From an uncultured Porticoccus sp. (GTDB lineage: Bacteria; Pseudomonadota; Gammaproteobacteria; Pseudomonadales; Porticoccaceae): a stretch of 24,000 nt of DNA. Location of the stretch: positions 278,860 through 302,859 of the forward strand of contig NZ_CAJXST010000004.1 in NCBI RefSeq assembly GCF_913061305.1, written 5' to 3'. Both the position numbers and the translations under genes were made by a program. A model generated the notes under the pieces. It worked only from the letters and a program-made list of their open reading frames with translations, did not search any database and was not told where the DNA came from. This document shows, in pieces, positions 1 through 6,879 of this stretch (its first letter is position 1; each line of letters opens with the position of its first letter).

Positions 1-148
1 TGTCATCGGTCCACACGGTGACCGGATAAAACGGGCTGTCAAGCAACTCCCGGCAGTCGATACAGTGGCAAATGACCCGCACCTTGGGCTCGCCGCATAG
101 AGACAGTTCGATGCGGTTACAGCTGCAGTGGACGGTATAGGTTTTCAT
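1..148 (-). CDS. GFA (glutathione-dependent formaldehyde-activating / CENP-V-like) family protein; N-terminal part only, runs off the left window edge
   Basis: Not in the ORF track because it is too short. The reverse complement of 148..1 reads MKTYTVHCSCNRIELSLCGEPKVRVICHCIDCRELLDSPFYPVTVWTDD with no stop before the edge. GGAG (reverse complement of 154..157) lies 5 nt upstream of the ATG. The CxC ... CxCxxC cysteine pattern is what I associate with the GFA zinc sites. Confidence 0.55.
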   Translation of the reverse strand, partial: MKTYTVHCSCNRIELSLCGEPKVRVICHCIDCRELLDSPFYPVTVWTDD

Positions 149-217
149 AGTGGCTCCATAGATACGGGCAAGTACCGCTGATGTGGGCGGGCGGCTTCGT
201 TGCTCCTGTTGTGTGGC

Positions 218-439
218 TTATTGGCGAGTGAAATATAACAGTGCCAATGCCAGTATTAATACGAGGAGGCCTGCGACAAACAGAAATCTGTTGAAGGCAG
301 TGTAAGAACTTTGGTTGGCGTTTGTCTCAAGTAGTGACAATTTTTCTTCGCTCAGCCCCGATGTGATCTCGTGATTTTCGTCTGACAGATAGGCGCAGGC
401 ATCCTCGAACTGCGTGTCGAGTACAGCCCATAAACCCAC
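218..439 (-). CDS. Small hypothetical protein (73 aa) with a single C-terminal transmembrane helix (tail-anchored topology)
   Basis: ORF-track entry. It has an acidic/polar N-terminal part and then FLFVAGLLVLILALALLYF at the C-terminus. The only in-frame start is GTG at 439, with no clear Shine-Dalgarno sequence, so it is weakly supported. Confidence 0.35.
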   Translation of the reverse strand: MGLWAVLDTQFEDACAYLSDENHEITSGLSEEKLSLLETNANQSSYTAFNRFLFVAGLLVLILALALLYFTRQ

Positions 440-547
440 TTTGAATGCGCCAGCGACATAGCCGGAGGTGACATATGAGTTCTTGAATCGGCCGCAGTGC
501 TACGAATACTATTAATCCTCGCTGACTATCGGGTTTCTAGTGGACTG

Positions 548-1171
548 CTAGTCTGAAGCGCCACCCAGTTCCGGGTAGCGTGCGAAATCCCTCACGGTGG
601 GATAGCCGTCGATATAAACCCATTCGGTATTTTTAACCGGCACATGACAGCCAAAACAATTATTGAATCCTTCGCCATGCCAGGTGGTTGTTACATTCTC
701 TTTCGGTGCATCTGCCTTGAATAAAGCCCAACCCCAGCCTTCGCCCCAGGCTTTGTTGTCCGGAAATCGGTTTTCCCGGTCGCGCACCATCACAAACCAG
801 ACACCGATATCGCCGGCCCATTGTGCAGTCCCTGTAGATAACTGTTTTTCCTCAATTCCGGAAACGGTTTTTATCAACACTGCAGCATCGGGCCATTGAC
901 CATTTTTCTTGAATCCTTCGACGGACTCAGGCGTAGCGTAGACATCATGAACACCGGGACCACTCGCATGATCATCTTCCTTCACAAACCAGGTGCCGAG
1001 ATGAACCCAGTTTTCACGAAAATTATCTGGCCGACTAATGTTTCCCTGTTCATCGACATGTGGAGAAAAACCACTAGCCAGCATTTTCGGTTCTGATACT
1101 GAAGCGTCACCTGGCGAACAACCCGCCATGAGTATGGATGCAGCCACATACAGGATCATTAAATATCTCAT
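548..1171 (-). CDS. Cytochrome P460 / cytochrome c'-beta family haem protein, probable lipoprotein
   Basis: The track ORF is 548..1264. I prefer the internal ATG at 1171 (MRYLMILYVAASILMAGCSPG...). GGAGG lies about 9 nt upstream (reverse complement of 1172..1185 = GGAGGGATAAAGGG). That start gives a signal peptide with an LMAGC lipobox-like cleavage site. A single CxxCH haem motif (NNCFGCHVP) sits about 30 aa from the C-terminus, with WVHLGTW / WGWALFK blocks, as in the P460 family. Confidence 0.75.
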   Translation of the reverse strand: MRYLMILYVAASILMAGCSPGDASVSEPKMLASGFSPHVDEQGNISRPDNFRENWVHLGTWFVKEDDHASGPGVHDVYATPESVEGFKKNGQWPDAAVLIKTVSGIEEKQLSTGTAQWAGDIGVWFVMVRDRENRFPDNKAWGEGWGWALFKADAPKENVTTTWHGEGFNNCFGCHVPVKNTEWVYIDGYPTVRDFARYPELGGASD

Positions 1172-1299
1172 CCCTTTATCCCTCCGACCCAAACAGGAGT
1201 CGTATCCAAATAAATAACAATGGAATAGCCACTCTATAGCGTAGTGCCAGACAGGCAGTGCCACAAGTTCCAGTGCAGCCTGTTTGTCACCGTCAGTTT

Positions 1300-1308
1300 G
1301 GGGGGGGG
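1300..1308. repeat. G9 homopolymer tract in the divergent intergenic region
   Basis: The sequence reads cagtttGGGGGGGGGattacgg. It lies about 130 bp upstream of the P460 start and 130 bp upstream of the DUF3565 gene start. Confidence 0.9.
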
Positions 1309-1438
1309 ATTACGGTCGTTTTTGCCGGCAGAACTTGCTCTGCGGCCTGCAAGAAATCACAGTGATACCTATACTGGCATTGGGCGCTGAAAACTATTCG
1401 GCGTGTACGGTGTATCAGGTAATGACAGGTTTAATGTT

Positions 1439-1906
1439 ATGCAGAGAGTTATAGAGGGTTTTCACCTGGACCGCTTTCAGGAGTGGGTGGCGGAGCTGGA
1501 GTGTGGCCACGAATTGCAGATGAAGCACAATCCACCCTACATGGAGTGCCGTTGGATCGGAACCGGCAAGGGGCGGCAGGAGCATATCGGTGATAGCGTT
1601 GAGTGTGTGGACTGCGATATGCCCAAAATACCCGACGGCATGACACAGGTTGATACCAGTCCGGTCTATCAGCGTTCGGACATGCCCAGCGAATGGCAGA
1701 GTAGCTTCGCCACGGAACCCGGGGTATGGGGCAGAGTCGTGATCGTCGAGGGAATGCTGCAGTTCGTTATCGAGCCGGGTGTGGCTGCCAGCCGTGGTTT
1801 CCTTCTCGACAAGGGTTTTGCCGGTGTCATGGCTCCCGATCTCACGCACAGTCTCAGTCCGGCAATGGGAGATGTGCAGTTTTACATTGAGTATTACTCG
1901 GCCTGA
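1439..1906 (+). CDS. DUF3565 domain fused to a DUF1971 (YeaR / TehB-N-like) domain; function unknown
   Basis: The track ORF starts at GTG 1403; I prefer ATG 1439 (MQRVIEGFHLD...). The N-terminal block GFHLDRFQEWVAELECGHELQMKHNPPY matches my memory of DUF3565 (GFh.D....WVA.L.CGH.QH.RH.PP). The C-terminal part PSEWQSSFATEPGVWGRVVIVEGMLQF...DVQFYIEYY resembles the YeaR/tellurite-resistance-related cupin-like domain. Confidence 0.65.
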   Translation: MQRVIEGFHLDRFQEWVAELECGHELQMKHNPPYMECRWIGTGKGRQEHIGDSVECVDCDMPKIPDGMTQVDTSPVYQRSDMPSEWQSSFATEPGVWGRVVIVEGMLQFVIEPGVAASRGFLLDKGFAGVMAPDLTHSLSPAMGDVQFYIEYYSA

Positions 1907-2011
1907 TGCCTGGCTGGCGACTTTGTTATCGAGGTTGGAAAGGGTGGTTTCCGGGTGGAATTGTTCAAGGCGCCGTATCGTTACTATACTGATTTGACGG
2001 ATTCGATGGTT

Positions 2012-2044
2012 GAGTCAGCACTGTTTGTCTGACGGACTCTTTTT
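2012..2044 (+). terminator. Weak candidate terminator downstream of the DUF3565 fusion gene
   Basis: GAGTC (2012..2016) pairs with GACTC (2035..2039), followed by TTTTT (2040..2044). The alternative inner stem is GTCAG/CTGAC. The stem is short and the loop is large. Confidence 0.3.
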
Positions 2045-2099
2045 AGAAAGCCTGTCGGGCGCATTCCATAGTGAATTAAAACAGGTGATTGATTTCCGG

Positions 2100-2117
2100 A
2101 CAGGTCATACGACCTGT
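2100..2117. promoter_or_regulatory. Perfect palindrome ACAGGTC-ATAC-GACCTGT; candidate upstream activator sequence for the sigma54 enhancer-binding protein
   Basis: The 7-4-7 inverted repeat is read directly. Its centre is about 85 bp upstream of the -24 GG. A third half-site-like ACAGGTG lies at 2081..2087. A very AT-rich stretch (2140..2190) lies between the palindrome and the promoter. Confidence 0.4.
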
Positions 2118-2191
2118 TGCACGATCAAGTGAGACATGAATTTTTAATATAAAACAAATAGATATAATTCATACTCCGATCAGAAATAAGT

Positions 2192-2207
2192 TGGTACGTC
2201 TATTGCA
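2192..2207 (+). promoter_or_regulatory. Sigma54 (RpoN) -24/-12 promoter of the carboxylase operon
   Basis: TGGTACGtctaTTGCA compared with the consensus TGGCACG-N4-TTGCW: the GG and GC dinucleotides have exact spacing and there is a single mismatch (T for C). It sits about 105 bp upstream of the first start codon, and a sigma54 activator gene is present in the window. Confidence 0.7.
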
Positions 2208-2312
2208 TAAGTAATGGGGCTCTCTAGGTGGTGGCTATCTTTTTGGCCGCTTTCCAGTGAAGTTTATAACCCTAACTATTCTCGGCTAGTAAAAGAACTA
2301 AGGTAACTCGAT

Positions 2313-4247
2313 ATGGGAATGCTAATAAATATCGATAATGGCGGTACGCTCACAGATATCTGTGTGCTGACAGATAATAACTTCTACAAGACCAAAACTC
2401 TGACAACACCTTACGATTTGAGTAAGTGTTTTTTTGACGGTCTGCGGTCTGCTTCCAAAGCAGTTTACGGAGAAGAAAATGTCGCCCGTTTGTTGGCTGA
2501 AGTGGATCATATCCGCTATTCAACCACGCAGGGAACCAATGCCATTGTTGAACGTAAAGGTCCACGACTCGGTTTGATCATCAACAAGGGCTCTACGTTG
2601 CCTGCCCGTTTACGTGAGCAGGATCCTGAGCTCTATGACTTTCTGATTGGCGACAGGATTTCTGAGGTTGATTTGGCAGACGTGGATGACGAATCAAAAG
2701 GTGCAGATACCACCTCGGTTATTACGCGACTCACTTCCGTGGGTGCCAACCGTATTGTGGTCTGTTTTGAATCCGAGAAAGCTGACGAGTACGAAGCTCA
2801 GTTCAAGCGTATTGCCTTTGACAATTATCCTCGCCACCTGCTCGGCGCTGTTCCGATGCTGTTTGCCAGTGAACTGGCCGATGATGTGTCCACTGAGCGC
2901 CGTTGCTGGACTGCGATGATTAACTCATTTTTGCATCCGGCCATGGAGAACTTCCTCTATAACGCCGAAAACCGTCTTCGCGAGTATCGCACCAAGAACC
3001 CGCTGCTGATTTTCCGCAACGATGGTGATGCATCGCGCGTCGCAAAAACGATCGCTATAAAAACCTACAGTTCCGGTCCACGCGGTGGCATGGAAGGGGT
3101 TAAAACCTTCAGCAAGCAATACAACCTGCCCAACGTACTTTCCATGGACGTTGGTGGTACCACTACGGACATCGGTCATGTGATTGACCACGGTGTGCAC
3201 GAGCAGCGTCGCGGTACGGTTGAAGGTGTCCCCGTCTCCTTTGCGCTTTGTGAAATTGCCAGCCCCGGTGTGGGCGGCAGTTCTATTCTGACGGTCAAAG
3301 ACGGTGCCATCCAGGTAGGCCCGGAAAGTGTCGGTGCAGTACCCGGTCCGGCCTGTTTTGGTCGCGGTGGCAAGAACGCCACGATCACCGACGTAAACCT
3401 GCTGTTGGGTTTGCTGGATCCGTCCACGTTCTTCGGCGGCGGTCTGGCTCTCGATCTCGAGCGTGCCCGTACGGCAATCGCCGAAAATATTGCTACTCCG
3501 CTGGGCATTACCACAGATGACGCCCTGCTCCAGCTGCGCGATGCCTTCGAGCAGAAAATTGCCGGGGAACTGAAATCGTTTGGTGATATTAACAGCGATA
3601 CCGTGCTGCTCGCTTTTGGTGGAGCCGGTCCGATGAATGCTTGTGGTATCGCTGAAAACTGCGGTATTTCGACCGTGTTTGTGCCCAAAATGGCGGCGGT
3701 CTTCAGTGCCTTTGGCATTGGCTCCTGCGATATCGGCCAGAATTATTCCACCGTGTTGACCGGTAGCCGTCAGCAGGCACTGGAAACGGCCTATGCCTCA
3801 CTGATGGAGCGCGGCGAGCGAGACATGTTTGCCGAAGGTTATGGCAAGGGTGAATACGAAGTTGTGGCCCGACTGGTGGCAGAAAAGGCCGGTGTTGAGT
3901 CCATTCATGAACTGGGGCACACCATTACGATCCCGCAGGATATGGCAAAAGCTGACGATGTGACTCTCGAAATTGCGGTCCGTAAAAAGCTGAAAACCGA
4001 AGATAACAAGCACGCGGAAGTGTCCAAAGCGGCCCAGGCCCAATCGACCAAAAACCGTTCACTGTTTAGCGGTGCTGCTGGTTGGAACGACGTGCCTGTC
4101 TATGAAGTGAACAATATGCAGCCCGGTGCTCACGGCACAGGACCGGCTATCCTTGAGGAAGAATTCTTTACCTGCCTGGTTCGCGAAGGTTGGGAATTCG
4201 TGGTGACTGAGCTGGGCGATATCTGCCTGACCAAGGGGGACAAATAA
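2313..4247 (+). CDS. Hydantoinase A / oxoprolinase (HyuA) family protein; shorter paralogue, alpha'-like subunit of an ATP-dependent ketone carboxylase
   Basis: 644-aa ORF. It carries the ASKHA-type motifs IDNGGTLTD (N-terminus) and MDVGGTTTDIG. YSTTQGTNAIVERKGPRLGLI is typical of the HyuA N-terminal domain. It is clearly paralogous to 4707..6857. AAGGT lies 8 nt upstream of the ATG. Confidence 0.85.
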   Translation: MGMLINIDNGGTLTDICVLTDNNFYKTKTLTTPYDLSKCFFDGLRSASKAVYGEENVARLLAEVDHIRYSTTQGTNAIVERKGPRLGLIINKGSTLPARLREQDPELYDFLIGDRISEVDLADVDDESKGADTTSVITRLTSVGANRIVVCFESEKADEYEAQFKRIAFDNYPRHLLGAVPMLFASELADDVSTERRCWTAMINSFLHPAMENFLYNAENRLREYRTKNPLLIFRNDGDASRVAKTIAIKTYSSGPRGGMEGVKTFSKQYNLPNVLSMDVGGTTTDIGHVIDHGVHEQRRGTVEGVPVSFALCEIASPGVGGSSILTVKDGAIQVGPESVGAVPGPACFGRGGKNATITDVNLLLGLLDPSTFFGGGLALDLERARTAIAENIATPLGITTDDALLQLRDAFEQKIAGELKSFGDINSDTVLLAFGGAGPMNACGIAENCGISTVFVPKMAAVFSAFGIGSCDIGQNYSTVLTGSRQQALETAYASLMERGERDMFAEGYGKGEYEVVARLVAEKAGVESIHELGHTITIPQDMAKADDVTLEIAVRKKLKTEDNKHAEVSKAAQAQSTKNRSLFSGAAGWNDVPVYEVNNMQPGAHGTGPAILEEEFFTCLVREGWEFVVTELGDICLTKGDK

Positions 4248-4651
4248 TGAAAGTGTTGATGACTGAATATCTCCGTATTGATCTGGATTCGGAAAACTGG
4301 GAGTGTCGGGTGTGTGACCACGTGATTGGCCCAGCCCGCGGCAACTACAAAGAGGGTTTGCTGGTATACAACCGTGATCCAGCAGATATCCACCCGTCGA
4401 TTATCGACCCTGAAAAATACCGTTTCACCTTCTGTCCCGACAGGGAGTGGGTCAACATTTACGAGTTTTACTGTCCGTCCTGTGGCACTCAGGTAGAGGT
4501 TGAATACACCTTCCCCAACCATATGCCACTCTACGATATGGAAGTAGATATTGATGCCCTGAAAGAGCAGTGGAGTCACCGCGAAGAGATTCTCGAGCCG
4601 GTGAAAGGCCCCAATATTCTGGTAGATCGCTGTCACACCCACAAGCACTGA
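4247..4651 (+). CDS. Acetone/acetophenone carboxylase gamma-subunit family protein (small 4-Cys zinc protein)
   Basis: 134-aa ORF. Its ATG overlaps the upstream stop (TAATG, 4245..4249). Two Cys pairs (WECRVCDH and EFYCPSCGTQVEVEY) and a NYKEG block match my recollection of the acetone carboxylase gamma family. Confidence 0.8.
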   Translation: MKVLMTEYLRIDLDSENWECRVCDHVIGPARGNYKEGLLVYNRDPADIHPSIIDPEKYRFTFCPDREWVNIYEFYCPSCGTQVEVEYTFPNHMPLYDMEVDIDALKEQWSHREEILEPVKGPNILVDRCHTHKH

Positions 4652-4706
4652 TAGGGCTTGTTGATTGGTGATTGAATAAATTAGGTCTGTTTTAGGAAAA
4701 AAGGTT

Positions 4707-6857
4707 ATGAAACGTATATCAGTAGATATCGGTGGTACGTTTACCGATTGCTTTGTAGTGTGGGATGGCAAGTACATTGAAACCAAAGCGTTGACGACCC
4801 ACCAGAACCTGGCCCTCGGTTTTAACGAGGCCCTGGAAAACGCATACACTGAACTCGGCCTCACCATGGAAAGTATTCTTTCCGGAGTGGATTCGGTTCG
4901 CTACGCCACTACGCTGGGTACCAATGCCCTGATCGAGCACAAAGGTCCTCGCATCGGCATGCTGGTGACAGCGGGTTACGAGGCGATGGTGCCTCTCAGC
5001 CGTGGCCGCGGCTACGGTGAAGGTCTGGACGAGCTGGGCAAGCAAAACCTGCCCGATGCACAGCGCCCGGCCCCGCTGGTTCTGCCGCACATGATCGAAG
5101 GCGTTCGCGAGCGTCTCGGCTTTCAGGGTGAGCTGGTTATGCCGCTCGATGAGCCGGATGTGCGCGTCAAGATCAGAAAGCTGGTGGACAAGGGTGCTCA
5201 GGCCATTGTGGTCTGTCTGGTTAACTCCGTGGTTAACCCTGCCCATGAGAAGCGCGTCGAACAGATTTTGCTGGATGAGTACCCCTCACATCTGTTGGGT
5301 TCCATCCCGGTAATTCTGTCCCACCGCGTTGCCGGTCGGAAGGGCGAATATGTTCGTGCGACTTCGGCGATCGTTGATGGCTATCTTCACTCCACCATGT
5401 ATCACGCCATGAGCCAGCTGGAACAAAACCTGCGTTCCAACAAGTACGAAAAACCGATGTTGGTGATCCACAACTCCGGTGGTATGGCGCAGTTGAACTC
5501 CACCGATGCACTGCAAACCATTCACTCGGGTCCGGTATCCGGTATCAGTGCAGCGGAGCATTTGGCCAAGGAAGCCGACCTCGGCAGCGTGGTTGCCACC
5601 GATATGGGCGGCACCTCCTATGACATCGGTATCGTGGTTGAAGGCGGCATCAAGCACTATGACTTCAACCCGGTTATTGACCGCTGGTTGGTGTCCGTGC
5701 CCATGGTCCACCTGGTTACCCTCGGTGCGGGCGGCGGTTCCATCGCCAGCTTTGACCGGATGTACAACGCGGTTGCCGTCGGTCCGAAAAGTGCTGGCTC
5801 CGACCCCGGTCCAGCCTGTTATGACCGCGGTGGCATGAGTCCTACCGTAACGGATGCCGATTTGGTATTGGGTTATCTGGATCCCACCAACTATGCCGGT
5901 GGCCATATTCCGTTGAACCCCAAACGTTCCGTGTTCGCCATTGAAGAAACACTCTGTGACGACCTGGATGTATCACCGATTGAAGCGGCGCTGCTGATCA
6001 AGGAAAAAGTTGACAGCAACATGGCCAACGGCCTGCACACCGAGTTGCGGGTTCGCGGTTATGATCCCGAAGAGTTCACCATGCTCGCCTACGGTGGTAA
6101 TGGTCCGTTGCACTGTTGTGGTATTGCCAGCAATCTGAGCATTGACAAAATCCTGGCTCCGCCCATGAGCTCGGTATTCTCAGCGGTGGGTGCAGGCAAC
6201 ATGCATCAGATGCACATTCATGAAATGTCATTGTTCATGGTGCTGTACGATTCCAACACCCGCAAAGTGTTCGATGACTACACGCGCTTCAACGACATCG
6301 TTGCCGAGCTGAGCTCCCGTGGTCAAAACGATCTGCTGCGTCAGGGTATGAACCTTGAGGACATCCGTTATTCGCTGGAGCTGGATATGCGCTACGGTAA
6401 CCAGTTGGTTCAAACCACCGTGGTGGTGCCCAAGCACACCCTGGAATCTGCCATGGATGTCATGAATATCCTGCAACAGTTCTCCACGGACTACGGCAAG
6501 CGTTTCGGCGAAGGCAGTCAGGCACCGGAAGCGGGTATTCGTATCAACACCGTCCGTGTGGCTTCCTTCGTGGAGCACGAAACCGTGCACTTCAAACACA
6601 TCAAGCCGATCCCGGAAAGTGAGCGCATTGCGCCGCCGGAACCCATTGCCAAACGCACCTGCTACTTTGTCAGCACTGGTGCCAAGGCAATTGAAACACC
6701 GGTCTGGCGGAAAGCTGACATCCCGTCGGGAACAGAAATTGTGGGCCCCGGTATCGTGGCCTCGGAAGTAACAACCTACTTGATTGAACCGGGCTGGAAG
6801 TATGTCTCTGCCGAGCAGGGCGCCGTATGGTTCTTCCGCACCGATGCAAAAAATTGA
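4707..6857 (+). CDS. Hydantoinase A / oxoprolinase (HyuA) family protein; longer paralogue, alpha-like subunit of an ATP-dependent ketone carboxylase (equivalent of acetone carboxylase beta, AcxA type)
   Basis: 716-aa ORF. Motifs are VDIGGTFTD, YATTLGTNALIEHKGPRIGML, TDMGGTSYDIG and GAGGGSIA. AGGAAAAAAGG lies upstream of the ATG. Confidence 0.9.
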   Translation: MKRISVDIGGTFTDCFVVWDGKYIETKALTTHQNLALGFNEALENAYTELGLTMESILSGVDSVRYATTLGTNALIEHKGPRIGMLVTAGYEAMVPLSRGRGYGEGLDELGKQNLPDAQRPAPLVLPHMIEGVRERLGFQGELVMPLDEPDVRVKIRKLVDKGAQAIVVCLVNSVVNPAHEKRVEQILLDEYPSHLLGSIPVILSHRVAGRKGEYVRATSAIVDGYLHSTMYHAMSQLEQNLRSNKYEKPMLVIHNSGGMAQLNSTDALQTIHSGPVSGISAAEHLAKEADLGSVVATDMGGTSYDIGIVVEGGIKHYDFNPVIDRWLVSVPMVHLVTLGAGGGSIASFDRMYNAVAVGPKSAGSDPGPACYDRGGMSPTVTDADLVLGYLDPTNYAGGHIPLNPKRSVFAIEETLCDDLDVSPIEAALLIKEKVDSNMANGLHTELRVRGYDPEEFTMLAYGGNGPLHCCGIASNLSIDKILAPPMSSVFSAVGAGNMHQMHIHEMSLFMVLYDSNTRKVFDDYTRFNDIVAELSSRGQNDLLRQGMNLEDIRYSLELDMRYGNQLVQTTVVVPKHTLESAMDVMNILQQFSTDYGKRFGEGSQAPEAGIRINTVRVASFVEHETVHFKHIKPIPESERIAPPEPIAKRTCYFVSTGAKAIETPVWRKADIPSGTEIVGPGIVASEVTTYLIEPGWKYVSAEQGAVWFFRTDAKN

Positions 6858-6879
6858 GTGGATATAGGGGTATTTGATT

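Noticed and set aside
1172-1264. N-terminal 31-aa extension of the P460-family ORF (track start at 1264)
   Set aside because: The extension (MALPVWHYAIEWLFHCYLFGYDSCLGRRDKG) precedes a perfect signal peptide that has its own GGAGG ribosome-binding site. The extension also covers the repeat array, which looks regulatory.
1236-1270. Two TGGCAC hexamers on the minus strand upstream of the P460 gene, considered as sigma54 promoters
   Set aside because: Neither is followed by a TTGC/GC element at the -12 position; the sequences there are GTCT and TATA. They are reported only as a direct-repeat array.
4130-5906. Antisense ORFs 4130..4867 (245 aa), 4719..5246 (175 aa) and 5286..5906 (206 aa)
   Set aside because: They overlap the gamma and HyuA-type genes on the opposite strand. 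They have no motifs and a composition typical of frame shadows.
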